From NCBI GenBank assembly GCA_047602405.1, contig JASGHJ010000001.1, positions 1,408,001-1,472,000 on the forward strand: DNA of 64,000 bases, written 5' to 3'. Below, one piece after another: positions 23,125-36,677 of this stretch. Position 1 is the first letter of the stretch. Each line of letters starts with the position of its first letter. Source of the DNA: Anaeromyxobacteraceae bacterium (GTDB taxonomy: Bacteria; Myxococcota; Myxococcia; Myxococcales; Anaeromyxobacteraceae). Under the pieces are notes generated by a model. It made no database searches, was not told the DNA's origin, and saw only the letters and a list, made by a program, of their open reading frames with translations. The position numbers and the translations under genes are program-made.

Positions 23125-24595
23125 ATGCCCCTCGCACCGTCGCTCCTCGCCGCCCTGGCCCTCTCGGCGGGCGTGTCCGGCACCGCTTCCCCCGTGTCCG
23201 GCACGGCTTCCCGCGTGTCCGGCACCGCCGGTCCCCCCGTGTCCGGCACCCCGGCCTCCGCGCCCGCCCACCCGGACGCCGTCGACCGGCTCCTCGCGGA
23301 GGCCATGGCCCGGGCCCACGTGCCCGGCGCGGCCGTCGCGGTGGTCCGGGGCGGCAAGGTCGTGAAGCTCGGGGTCTACGGCCTCGCCGACCTCGAGCAC
23401 GGGGTGAAGGTGACCCCGGCCTCCGCCTTCCAGATCGCCTCCACGACGAAGCTCCTGACCGGCGTGCTCCTCGCCCGGTTCGTCGAGCAGGGGAAGCTCT
23501 CGCTCGACGACCCGCTCTCGAAGCACCTCGACGCGGTGCCGGACACCTGGCGCGCCGTCACGCTGCGGCAGCTCGCCACCCACACCTCCGGGCTCCCGCC
23601 CACCGCGCCGGACCCGAGGCTCGGCCCGGTGCCGGAGGCCGCCCGCGCCGCGCTCGCCGCGACGCCCGCGGCGCGGCCGGGCGAGCGCGCGGAGTACGGC
23701 TCGCTCGACTTCACCGTGCTCGCGGCGGTCCTCGAGAAGGCCGGCGGGAAGCCGTTCCCGCGCCTGCTCGAGGACGAGGTCCTGCGCCCCGCCGGCATGC
23801 GCGACGCGCGGTTCGAGGCCGCCCGCGACGAGGGGCTCGTCCGCAGCGCCGACGTGGTGCCGGGCCGGGTCACCACCTACCGCTTCGGCGGCGGCGCCCA
23901 GCGCGTCGCCTGGTTCCTCTACCCCGAGTACACGTGGGCGGCCGGCGGGCTCTTCGCGTCGGTCCGCGATTCTCGCGGCCTTCGTCGCGGCCCTGCAGCG
24001 CGGGGCGCTCGTCTCGCGCGAGGCGCTCGACCGGATGGCGGAGCCCCCGACGCTCGCCGACGGCCGGCCCGGCGCCTTCGGTGCGGGTTGCACCGTGGGC
24101 CGCCACCGCGGCTTCAGGACCCTCGGCCACAGCGGCGGCCCCGCGCTCGCCGACGTCCTCCTCTTCCCCGAGCTCGACCTCGGGGTGGTCGTGCTCACCA
24201 ACCAGAAGCTCCTCCAGCCCGAGCTCGCCGAGCTCGTCGCCGACCTCTACCTCCCCGCCGACCGGCGCCCGCCGCCCGGGCCCGCGCCGGCCGACGCGGC
24301 GCCGGAGGCCACCGCCCGCGTGCGCGCCGTGCTCGAGGGTATGGCGCGCGGCGCCGTCGACCCGGCGCTGCTCGCGCCGGGGCACCGCGAGGACGCGCCC
24401 GTGCTCTCGGAATGGGGCCCGGTCGGCGTCGGCCTGTGGGGCCCGCTCACCGGCATCGCGCTCGCGGAGGAGCGGCGGGAGGGGAGCCGCTGGACGCGCT
24501 GGTACCGGGTGAGCTTCGGGGCACGGACGCAGCGGATCCGCGCGACGCACGCGCCCGGCGGTGAGGTGGAGGAGTTCGAGCGGGAGCCGGAGTAG
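23125..24595 (+). pseudogene. Serine hydrolase (beta-lactamase class C-like), split by a +1 frameshift near 23970
   Basis: Signal peptide, IASTTK (SxxK), LATHTSG, then GHSGG in the next frame; GAT-T-CTC has one extra T. Confidence 0.85.
23173..23249 (+). repeat. Four tandem GTGTCCGGCAC copies (periods 21, 21, 24 nt) inside a CDS
   Basis: Copies at 23173, 23194, 23215, 23239, encoding VSGTASP-VSGTASR-VSGTAGPP-VSGT. Confidence 0.95.
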
Positions 24596-24695
24596 GGCGA
24601 CCGCCTGCGGTGTCCGCCCGCGGGCGGGCGTTCATTTGTCGCACCCCGCCCGGCGCCGGCCCCGGCTACACTGCGCGCGAAGTCGGGAGGGGATC

Positions 24696-25313
24696 ATGAC
24701 ACATCGGGCGGCGATGGTCCTCGCGCTCGCGCTGGCGCTCCAGGCGTCGTCGGCGCGCGCCCAGGAGCGCCTCACCCAGGGGCGGCGCACCTGGTACGCG
24801 GGCGTGGGCCTCGGCGCCGGCGGCGGCGGCCTCCGCATCGGCGACCGGGATCGCTCGTTCGAGGACGTCCTCGGCCGGTCGGCCCCCATCGCCGCGGTGG
24901 CGATCCGGTTCGGCAGCGCGCTGTCGGACGAGCTCATGGTCGGCTTCGAGGGCAGCGCCGTCGGCGCGGTGGCGTCGAAGCCCTCCGAGCAGGTGCAGCT
25001 CAACCGCTACGACCTCGGCGTCACCTGGCTGCCGCGCGTGGACGGTCCGTTCCTCCGCGTGGCCGCCGGCCGCACGGTGGTCGGGGTGAAGAGCGACGGG
25101 CCGGAGCTCTACGGCAGCGGGACGTACGGTGGCTGGAACGCCGCGCTGGGAGGCGGGTGGTCGCAGCCGCTCTTCGGCTCGGGCCTCCACGCCGTGCTGC
25201 ACGTCGCCTACGAGGTCCACACCGTCGCGAAGGCCGGGCTGGTCGACGTGACCTCGGGGCGCGGCTGGTCCGCCACGCTCGGCCTCGACTGGTACGGGAG
25301 GAGCAGCCCATGA
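24696..25313 (+). CDS. Putative outer-membrane beta-barrel protein
   Basis: Signal peptide, Gly/aromatic-rich alternating strands, C-terminal LGLDWY. Confidence 0.65.
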   Translation: MTHRAAMVLALALALQASSARAQERLTQGRRTWYAGVGLGAGGGGLRIGDRDRSFEDVLGRSAPIAAVAIRFGSALSDELMVGFEGSAVGAVASKPSEQVQLNRYDLGVTWLPRVDGPFLRVAAGRTVVGVKSDGPELYGSGTYGGWNAALGGGWSQPLFGSGLHAVLHVAYEVHTVAKAGLVDVTSGRGWSATLGLDWYGRSSP

Positions 25314-26629
25314 CACGCCTGACCTTCACCGCCGTCGTCGCCGCGCTCCCGCTCGCGCTCGTCTGCGGCTGCTCCACGGACGCGAGCGGCCTCGGCTGCC
25401 CGCCCGGGACGTTCGCGTCGGGAGGCCGGTGCGTCTCGAGCTACACCTGCGGCGCCGGCACGCACGAGGAGGGCGGCGCCTGCGTGGCCGACGCGGGGGC
25501 CACCTGCGGCGCGGGCACGCACGCGGAGGGGTTCGTCTGCGTGCCCGACGAGCCGGACGTCGTCACCTGCGGCGCGGGCACGTACCTCGGCCCGGGCAAC
25601 GCCTGCCTGCCGTACAACCCGACGACGCCGGTGACCTGCGGGGCGGGCACCCACCTCTCCGGCACCACCTGCGTCGCGGACACGCAGATCACCTGCGGTC
25701 CGGGCACTCACCTCGACGCCGGCGTCTGCTACCCGAACCCCCCCGCCTCCTGCGGCCCGGGCACCCACCTCTCGGGCGCGCAGTGCGTGCCGGACGCCGT
25801 CCTGAGCTGCGGCGCGGGCACCCACCTCGACGTGGACCGGTGCGTCGCGGACGCCACGACGACCTTCGAGCTCCGCGTGGCCGGCACCTCCCTCACGGCG
25901 GACGGGTACTCGAAGTTCCCGGTCCTGGTGCTCGGCCGGAACGCCGACGGTACGCCCTCGAACGCGGACGTCATCCTCTGGTCGTCGCGCCCCGGCTCGG
26001 GGACGTTCACGCCGTCGCTGTTCGCGCTCGGCCCCTTCGGCAGGACCGTCTCGTTCGTGCCGTGCAGCGCGGCCTCCCAGGGGTGCACGGGGCCCACCGA
26101 GTTCCTCCTCGCGCTCGCGAGCGCGCCCGACGTGGTCGTCGCGAAGGTCGGCCCGGTGCAGCTCACCGCGCCCGCGGGGGTCGGGAGCGCGGCGCCGTGC
26201 CTGCTCGGGGGGAACGCGCTCTACTTCGACGGGAGCGGCTACATCTTCACGGGCACCCAGACCGTCACCGACGGCGCGTGGTCGACGCCCAACTCCAGCG
26301 CGAGCGCGGTGCGGCTCTGGCTCACCCCCTCCCAGCGCAGCCAGGGCCTGTGGTGGGATCTCGAGTTCTCGTCCACGCAGCTCGGGCAGCCGCTCGCGGC
26401 GCAGGTCTACGAGGGGGCCGAGCGGGCGCCGTTCGCCTCCCCGGGCCACCCGGGCATCGACATCGGCGGCGACGGCCGCGGATGCAACACGATCTCCGGG
26501 CGCTTCCAGATCCACGAGCTCGCCTGGGCGGGGACCGCGCTCTCCCGCTTCACCGCGAGCTTCGAGCAGTTCTGCGAGCAGGCCCCGACGAACGTGCTCC
26601 GCGGCTGCGTGCACTACGAGGCGCCGTAG
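25310..26629 (+). CDS. Lipoprotein with tandem Cys-rich repeats
   Basis: Lipobox-like LVCGC; about 8 repeats of (T/S)CG(A/P)GTH-x4-5-C(V/L/Y). Confidence 0.8.
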   Translation: MTRLTFTAVVAALPLALVCGCSTDASGLGCPPGTFASGGRCVSSYTCGAGTHEEGGACVADAGATCGAGTHAEGFVCVPDEPDVVTCGAGTYLGPGNACLPYNPTTPVTCGAGTHLSGTTCVADTQITCGPGTHLDAGVCYPNPPASCGPGTHLSGAQCVPDAVLSCGAGTHLDVDRCVADATTTFELRVAGTSLTADGYSKFPVLVLGRNADGTPSNADVILWSSRPGSGTFTPSLFALGPFGRTVSFVPCSAASQGCTGPTEFLLALASAPDVVVAKVGPVQLTAPAGVGSAAPCLLGGNALYFDGSGYIFTGTQTVTDGAWSTPNSSASAVRLWLTPSQRSQGLWWDLEFSSTQLGQPLAAQVYEGAERAPFASPGHPGIDIGGDGRGCNTISGRFQIHELAWAGTALSRFTASFEQFCEQAPTNVLRGCVHYEAP

Positions 26630-26647
26630 CCGGGGCGGCCGCCGCGC

Positions 26648-27715
26648 TCACATCCGCACGAGCCAGGCCGTGAGGCCGGCGGCCACGGCGAGGAGCGCGC
26701 CCACCGCGAGCTTCAGGGCGGGGCTGGGCAGGCTCGGCTGCGGGAACTCGACGGAGGTGCGCGGCCCATGGGCCGCGTCGGCGAACGCCGTCGAGGCGAG
26801 CGTGGAGAGCTCGATGCGCGTGAGCGCGAGCGCCTCGGTGACGAAGCCGCGGTGGGTGAGCATGGCCACGAGGCGCGCGCGGGCGTGCAGGCCCCGGGGC
26901 AGCATCCGGCGCGCCTGCCGGTCGAGCGCCTCCGCGAGCGCGGCCGCGCTCTGCCAGCGCCGCGCCGGGTTCTTCGCGAGGCAGCGCTCGACGATGCGGG
27001 CGAGCCGCCACGGGCAGTCCTTCGCGAGCGCGCGGACGCGGCGGTGGCGGCCCTTGCGGATGGCGGTGAAGAGCTCCTGCGCGGTCTTCCCGGAGAACGG
27101 CTTCTCACCGGTGAGGAGCTCGTAGAGCGAGACGCCGAGGGCCCACACCTCCGAGGCGGGGGAGCCGGGCGCGCCCTCGAGGACCTCGGGCGCCATGTAC
27201 GAGGGGCTGCCGACGAGCATGCCGTCGCTCGTCAGCGCGTGATCGCTCTCGGCCTTCGCGATGCCGAAGTCCATGAGCTTCACCTCGCCGAGCCGGGAGA
27301 CCATCACGTTCGCCGGCTTCACGTCGCGGTGGAGCAGCTTCTCGAAGTGCACGTAGTCGAGCGCCTCGGCGACGCGCGCGCCGATCACCGCGGCGCAGTC
27401 CGGCGGCAGCGCGCCGCCCTCGGCGAGGATCCTCGCGAGGTCGGCGCCGTCGACGTAGTCGGTGACGAGGAACAGCCCGTCGTCCTTCTCGACGAGGTCG
27501 TGCACCGCGACGATCGCCTCGTGCCGCAGGCGCGCGTACGCCTTCCCCTCGCGGCGGAAGCGCTCGAGCACCTCCGCGTGCTTCACGAGCTTCGGGTCGA
27601 GCGCCTTCACCGCGACCGGCCGGTCGAGGGCCTCCTGCACGGCCTCGTAGACCACGCCCATGCCGCCGCGGCCGATCTCGCGGACGATGCGGGCGGTTCC
27701 GACCTTGCGGATCAT
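26648..27715 (-). CDS. Hanks-type Ser/Thr protein kinase with a C-terminal TM
   Basis: GRGGMGVVY, AVK, HRDVKPAN, DFG, YMAPE. Confidence 0.95.
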   Translation of the reverse strand: MIRKVGTARIVREIGRGGMGVVYEAVQEALDRPVAVKALDPKLVKHAEVLERFRREGKAYARLRHEAIVAVHDLVEKDDGLFLVTDYVDGADLARILAEGGALPPDCAAVIGARVAEALDYVHFEKLLHRDVKPANVMVSRLGEVKLMDFGIAKAESDHALTSDGMLVGSPSYMAPEVLEGAPGSPASEVWALGVSLYELLTGEKPFSGKTAQELFTAIRKGRHRRVRALAKDCPWRLARIVERCLAKNPARRWQSAAALAEALDRQARRMLPRGLHARARLVAMLTHRGFVTEALALTRIELSTLASTAFADAAHGPRTSVEFPQPSLPSPALKLAVGALLAVAAGLTAWLVRM

Positions 27716-27987
27716 CAAGCGAGAGCGTGCACCGGGCGGCCGCCGGGCCGCAAGGCGCACAACCTGCGCGCGCAAGGGGTGCGCCCGGCGTCCCGTGCGC
27801 GCCCGCACCCGCCCCTTGACCGGATGTACGGGACGCGCCGCGTCGACGGTGCCGGACACGCGCGGGATCGCACGCCGGGCCTGCGACGATCTGGTACCAT
27901 CCGGGCCCCTTCGCAGTGGCGAACCCCACTGCGCTCCTCGCCAGGCGCCCCCGCCGGCGGCGGAGCGCACGGTCGAGGAGAAGACGG

Positions 27988-31617
<3,630 letters not shown>

Positions 31618-31630
31618 CGCGCCGCCCGGC

Positions 31631-31676
31631 CCCCTCACCCCGACCCTCTCCCCCACGCCGGCGCGCGGGGGAGGGG
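31631..31676. repeat. REP-like CCCTCACCCCGACCCTCTCCC...GGGAGGGG hairpin between convergent genes
   Basis: Pyrimidine arm and purine arm visible directly after the PFOR stop. Confidence 0.65.
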
Positions 31677-31708
31677 TGTCGGGTCCATCCACGGGGCGAT
31701 CGGGCCGA

Positions 31709-32413
31709 TCACCAGCGCCGCACCGGCCACGCGCCGAAGCGCCACGCGCGGTCGTTCATGAACATCGCGCCCGAGGGCAGCGGCATCGCCCCGCACCAGT
31801 CGTCGAGCCAGTAGTCCGTCCACCACACGCCGCCCTCGGCGTGCAGGAACGCGCCGCTCGTCGACGGCCCCTGCAGGTGCCCGAGCTCGTGCGGCTCCGG
31901 GAGCTTCCAGTCCCCGGGCGCCGACCCGTCGGTGAGGCCGCACGCCCCGTCCCCGAGCGCCGCCGCCCACCGCATCGCGTCGGTCCAGGCGAGCCCGTCC
32001 GTGTCCGGCACCGCCCCGGCGAGGGGTGTCCGGCACCGGCCGTCCTTCAGCCAGACCAGCCGGGCGATCGCGTCCTCCACGGTGATCGTGCCGTCCCCGT
32101 TGTCCGAGACGGTGGGGGCCGGCGGGCGCTCCGCGGGCGCCACGCACAGGCCGGCCCGGGGCTCGAGCCCGGCGCCGCAGGTCCAGGCGCACGGGGTGCC
32201 GTCGCAGGCGCCCGGGAGGAGCACCCGGGGAGCGTCGGCGGTGAGCCCCCGATCGGCGCCGGGGCAGGGGGTGGCATTCGCGGGGGCGGCCCCGGTGCAG
32301 GCGCCGGGCGTGTCCGGCACCCGCGGGACCGCCGCCGGGCCGGCCCCGCAGGCCGCCGCGCAGGCGGCGGCGAGGACGGCCCAGGGACTCGAGGTGAACC
32401 GCGCGCGGCGCAT
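31709..32413 (-). CDS. Lipoprotein with a DUF1566/Lcl C-terminal-like domain
   Basis: Lipobox-like AAAC, DNGDGTIT, LVW, DWKLP...EL, WPVR. Confidence 0.75.
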   Translation of the reverse strand: MRRARFTSSPWAVLAAACAAACGAGPAAVPRVPDTPGACTGAAPANATPCPGADRGLTADAPRVLLPGACDGTPCAWTCGAGLEPRAGLCVAPAERPPAPTVSDNGDGTITVEDAIARLVWLKDGRCRTPLAGAVPDTDGLAWTDAMRWAAALGDGACGLTDGSAPGDWKLPEPHELGHLQGPSTSGAFLHAEGGVWWTDYWLDDWCGAMPLPSGAMFMNDRAWRFGAWPVRRW

Positions 32414-32563
32414 GGCGTCGGAGCCGGACGCTAGCCCCGCGCCGGCGGGACGAGAATGCGGCGACTTGCCCCCGGCGCCCTGAGGTGCGTCAGCACCGAA
32501 GCCGGGGGGGAGCCACGCCGGGGCCCTCGTGTCCGGCACCGCCCGGAGTAGGATGCGCCTCCC

Positions 32564-35038
32564 ATGTGCGGCGTCATCTCGATCTGCTACCCGCGCCACA
32601 ACCCCGCCCTCGGGCGCGAGGCCGGCGCGCTCCTCCGTCACCTCGAGTACCGCGGCTACGACTCCACCGGCGCGGCGGTGCTCGGCGAGGACGGCACCAT
32701 CACGCTCCGGAAGTCGGTGGGCGCGCCGTCGCGGGTCGTGGAGGCGCTCGGCATCGTCGCGCTCCAGGGCGTGAAGGCCATCGGCCAGGTCCGCTGGGCG
32801 ACCTACGGCTCGGTGACCGACGCGAACGCCCAGCCGCACGAGGTGCGCTGCCACGTCCACATGGTCGGCGCGCACAACGGCAACATCTCGAACACCGACG
32901 CCCTCAAGGTGTTCCTCAAGGACCGCGAGCACGACGTCGTCTCCGACAACGACGGCGAGATGCTCGTGCACGTCGTCGAGCAGTTCTTCCTCGAGGAGGG
33001 CGGCCTCGACCCGCGGAAGGACGCCGCCCAGCGGAAGGCCGCCGCGCTGAAGGCGATCCGCCGCGCCGACGCGCTCGTCGTCGGCTCGTACGCCGCCTGC
33101 GTCGCGTTCCCGGGCATCCCCGGCGTCTTCGCGATGAAGGCGGGCTCCTCGCTCTACGCCGGGAAGGGCTCCGACGGCGCCGGCGAGTTCGTGGTGGTCT
33201 CCTCCGACCTCACCTCGGTGCTCTCGAAGACCCGCGCGCTCGTGCCGCTCGCCGAGGGCGAGGGGCTGTACTTCACGCACGCCGACTACGAGGTCTTCGG
33301 GCTGCGCGAGGAGCGCTCCTCGCGGCCGCCGCTCCGGCGCTCGCGCCTCAACGTCGCCGACATCGGCCTCACCCCGCCGCACCGCTTCTACATGGAGCAG
33401 GAGATCGCGCACGCGGGGCCGAACCTGGACGCGATCCTGAAGAACTACTTCCGCGCGCCCAGCGAGGGGGAGCGCCTGGCCGCCCTCGAGGCGCACGCGG
33501 CCGACGCCCTCGCCCTCGTGGCCGAGCTCCACGCGCTCGCCGACGTGTTCGACCCCGCCGAGGCCGCCGCGCGGCGCGCCGCGCTGCTCGCGGATCCCCG
33601 CCTCGCTCGCCTCCGTCCGCTGCTCGGCGTCGCCGCGACCGCGGCGCCCGGGGCGGCGTTCGGCTCCGACGACGCGCCGCTCCTCGAGGAGCTCGCCCAG
33701 GCGGGCGGCGACCGGGCGGCGCTCCTCGCGCTCGACGCGGTCGTGGCCTGGCAGAAGAAGGCGGCGGTCCTCTCCCGCAAGGACGCGCTCCTCGCCGAGC
33801 TCGGCCGCGCGGGGCAGGTGTACCTCCTCGGCTCGGGGACCTCCTACCACGCGTGCCTCACCGGCGCGGCGTTCCTCGCCCAGCTCGGCGGGCTCGCGGC
33901 GCACGCCGTGAACCCGGGGCAGTTCCGCTCGACCTACCTGCCGGTGCTGCGGCCCGGCGACGTGGTCCTCGCGGTCACGCAGTCGGGCGAGACGAAGGAC
34001 CTCGTCGACGTCATGAACGACGTGCGCGCCGCGCACGGGACGAAGGTCCGGCTCCTCGCCCTCGTCAACAACGAGAACTCCACCATCCCGCAGGAGAAGG
34101 CCGACGCGTTCCTGCCGCTCCTGTGCGGGCCGGAGATCGCGGTCGCCGCGACGAAGTCGTTCGTGTCGCAGCTCGCGGTCTTCTACCTCCTCGCCCGGAG
34201 CCTCCGGGAGGACGAGGCCACGGTCGCGGCCGCGCTCCGGCGGGTGCGGGACCTCCTCGGGCCCACGGTGGAGGCGACCGCGGCGGCGGTCGACGAGATC
34301 GCGCGGCGGTTCTGCTTCCGGCCGTCGCTCCACCTCCTCGGCACCTCGCTCGCGGGCATCGCGAAGGAGGGCGCGCTCAAGGTGCGCGAGGTCGTGCTCA
34401 ACCACTCGGAGGGCTACGACGCCGCCGAGTTCAAGCACGGGCCGAACACCATCCTCGGCAAGAACACGGTCCTCTCCTGGACCGACGCCGAGGGGCTCAT
34501 GCAGCGCACCGCCGGGGTCGCGGCCGAGCTCGTCCGGGAGGTCGGGCCGGCCGGCGCCGCCGCGCTCCTCGGGGAGCTCGGGACCGGCGGCTTCGAGGCG
34601 CTGCACGCGCTCGCCGACGGCACGCCGGGCGCGGCGCTCGCGAAGGACCGGCTCGACCCGGAGCGGCTCTTCTCGAACTACCCGCTCGTCTTCGTGTGCG
34701 GCCCGGATCCGCGCGACGTGCGCATCACGGTCTCGCAGATCCACACCCACAAGATCCGCGGCGCCGACGTCGTGCTCGTCGCGCCGGAGCACGAGGACCT
34801 GCGCCGCGCGGTGGAGGGGAGGCCCGACCGCGCCGGCGACTACTTCGCGCGCTGCGTGGTGGTGCCGCCCGGCGCCGGCCCGCACGAGTTCACGTTCCAG
34901 GCGGCGGTGGTCCTGCAGCGGCTCGCGCTCCGGATGTCGGTGCTCAAGATGGACGCGCTCGACGCGGCGGGCGTGCGCGACCACGGCGTGCACCCCGACG
35001 TCCCGAAGAACGTGTCGAAGTCGATAACCGTGGATTAG
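32564..35038 (+). CDS. glmS: Glutamine-fructose-6-phosphate aminotransferase-like protein, elongated (824 aa)
   Basis: MCG start, LEYRGYDS, RWAT, HNG, GTSYH, QSGET, GPEIAVAATKSF, EFKHGP, PKNVSKSITVD. Confidence 0.88.
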   Translation: MCGVISICYPRHNPALGREAGALLRHLEYRGYDSTGAAVLGEDGTITLRKSVGAPSRVVEALGIVALQGVKAIGQVRWATYGSVTDANAQPHEVRCHVHMVGAHNGNISNTDALKVFLKDREHDVVSDNDGEMLVHVVEQFFLEEGGLDPRKDAAQRKAAALKAIRRADALVVGSYAACVAFPGIPGVFAMKAGSSLYAGKGSDGAGEFVVVSSDLTSVLSKTRALVPLAEGEGLYFTHADYEVFGLREERSSRPPLRRSRLNVADIGLTPPHRFYMEQEIAHAGPNLDAILKNYFRAPSEGERLAALEAHAADALALVAELHALADVFDPAEAAARRAALLADPRLARLRPLLGVAATAAPGAAFGSDDAPLLEELAQAGGDRAALLALDAVVAWQKKAAVLSRKDALLAELGRAGQVYLLGSGTSYHACLTGAAFLAQLGGLAAHAVNPGQFRSTYLPVLRPGDVVLAVTQSGETKDLVDVMNDVRAAHGTKVRLLALVNNENSTIPQEKADAFLPLLCGPEIAVAATKSFVSQLAVFYLLARSLREDEATVAAALRRVRDLLGPTVEATAAAVDEIARRFCFRPSLHLLGTSLAGIAKEGALKVREVVLNHSEGYDAAEFKHGPNTILGKNTVLSWTDAEGLMQRTAGVAAELVREVGPAGAAALLGELGTGGFEALHALADGTPGAALAKDRLDPERLFSNYPLVFVCGPDPRDVRITVSQIHTHKIRGADVVLVAPEHEDLRRAVEGRPDRAGDYFARCVVVPPGAGPHEFTFQAAVVLQRLALRMSVLKMDALDAAGVRDHGVHPDVPKNVSKSITVD

Positions 35039-35167
35039 CCGTCCCTCGTCTCCGCGGCCTCCTGCGGAGGCCGCCACGCTCGGGACGAACGGGGCTGGGC
35101 AGCCCGACCGCCTCGTCTCGCGCGACCCGCGGCAGGAAGGGCAGGAACCACAGGAGCGGGATCACGG

Positions 35168-36196
35168 TCAGGCCCCCGCCCCGGGCTGCGCCGCCTCGAG
35201 CCCCATCGCCCGGAGGAACTCCTCGTTCCCGTCGATCACCCGGTCCTGGAGCCGGACCCGGTCGACCTTCACCTCGGCGAGCGTCACGTTCCGGATCGTG
35301 ACGTCCTTCAGCAGGCACTCGGTGAAGAGCGCCTTCCTGAGCTCGCAGCGGTCGAAGGTGACGTCCACGAACCCCGCCGTGCGCCAGCCCTCGCCGCCGG
35401 TCACGAGGACGTCGTCGAGGGTGGTCGAGACGAGCGCGACGCCCGAGACGCGCGCGCCGCGAAGGAGCGAGGAGGTGACCGTGGAGTCGGTGAGCGTGAG
35501 GTCGCTCACCTGCGAGCCGTTCACCTCGAGGTCGCGGACGTGGGAGGCGTCGAGGGTGAGGTCCTCGAGCTGGGCCGCGTTGACGCCGGACTCCTCCCAG
35601 GAGGAGCCACGGCGCAGGACCACGTCCTCGACCTGGCTCGCCGAGACCTCGAGCCCCGCGATGCGGCTCTGGCCGGCGAGCGCGACGTCCTCGAAGCTCG
35701 AGGCGGAGATCGAGAGCCCCTCGATCTCGCTGTCCTCGACCTCGACGTCCTCGAGCGAGCTCCCCTGCACCGAGGAGTCGGCGAGCTTCCCGCCGCGGAC
35801 CTTCACGTCCTTCAGCTGGCTCATCCCGACGACGTTGCCGGTGACCTCGGCGCGCTGGAGGTCGAGCCCCTTCACCTGCGAGGCGGTGATCCGGTTGCGC
35901 TCGAAGACGTAGTCCTGGCCGCCGATCCGCCCGACCTCGGACATGACGAGCTCGTTCTCGCGGAGCTCGCTGCGGTAGACGTGCGCGCTCGAGGTGCCGC
36001 CCGCCGTGACGCGGATCGCCTCGGCGATGCCGGCGAGGATGCCCCGCGCGGCCGGGGCCGGCCGCCTCCGCTCGGCCGTGCCGCCACCCGCGGCGCCGCC
36101 GCCCGCCGTGAGCTCCGCGATGAGCTGGGCCGCCTGGGCGTCGGTGAGGGTGCCCTCGCGCGCCATCGCGAGGATCTTCTCGATCTGGTCCTTCAT
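35168..36196 (-). CDS. Protein with a SHOCT-like N-terminus and a pentapeptide-like beta-helix repeat region
   Basis: IEKILAMAREGTLTDAQAAQLI, then regular 5-residue S/V/D/L repeats. Confidence 0.7.
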   Translation of the reverse strand: MKDQIEKILAMAREGTLTDAQAAQLIAELTAGGGAAGGGTAERRRPAPAARGILAGIAEAIRVTAGGTSSAHVYRSELRENELVMSEVGRIGGQDYVFERNRITASQVKGLDLQRAEVTGNVVGMSQLKDVKVRGGKLADSSVQGSSLEDVEVEDSEIEGLSISASSFEDVALAGQSRIAGLEVSASQVEDVVLRRGSSWEESGVNAAQLEDLTLDASHVRDLEVNGSQVSDLTLTDSTVTSSLLRGARVSGVALVSTTLDDVLVTGGEGWRTAGFVDVTFDRCELRKALFTECLLKDVTIRNVTLAEVKVDRVRLQDRVIDGNEEFLRAMGLEAAQPGAGA

Positions 36197-36242
36197 GTCC
36201 GTGCTCCTCCGGTGCTGCGGCTGCCCACGTCGCTGCGCCAGC

Positions 36243-36668
36243 TCAGCGCTTCGCCTTCTTCACGAGCTCCATCGCCTCGTCGAACCCGAGCTTCCCCGCC
36301 TTGAGCCGGTCGAGGATCTCGTCGACCGCGCTCGCCCTCGGCCGCGCGCCCGCGGGGGGCGCCGCGCCGCGGGAGGGGGCGCCGGCCGGCGCGCGCGCCG
36401 CGACCTTCTCGCGCAGCGCCTTCAGGCGCGTGCGGATGGTCGGGTAGCTGAGGCCGAGCGGGGCCTCCATGTCGCGGATCCGGCCCTCGGCGAGCACGAA
36501 GATGCGCAGGAGGTGGAGGTCCTCACCGGAGAGCGCCGCGAACTCGTTGAGCTCGAACGTCCCCTCCACCTTCACGCCGCAGGCGTCGCAGCCGAGCACG
36601 CGGGGCCGGAGCGCACCCTGGCAGGCGGGGCAGCTGAGCGGGATCGGGGCGGCGGGCCTGTCGTTCAT
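36243..36668 (-). CDS. DUF2089-family Zn-ribbon/HTH protein
   Basis: CPAC...CDAC, LGLSYPTIRTRL, C-terminal ILDRLKAGKLGFDEAMEL. Confidence 0.85.
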   Translation of the reverse strand: MNDRPAAPIPLSCPACQGALRPRVLGCDACGVKVEGTFELNEFAALSGEDLHLLRIFVLAEGRIRDMEAPLGLSYPTIRTRLKALREKVAARAPAGAPSRGAAPPAGARPRASAVDEILDRLKAGKLGFDEAMELVKKAKR

Positions 36669-36677
36669 CGTGTCGAA

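Noticed and set aside
23173..23249. CRISPR array
   Set aside because: An 11-nt repeat and 10-13-nt spacers are far too short, there are no cas genes in the window, and the array lies in frame in a CDS.
32431..32563. glmS ribozyme or hammerhead ribozyme
   Set aside because: Only fragments resemble the cores (GACGAG; CUGAG...GAA). The AGCGCC/P2 elements and the CUGANGA-GAAA core are missing.
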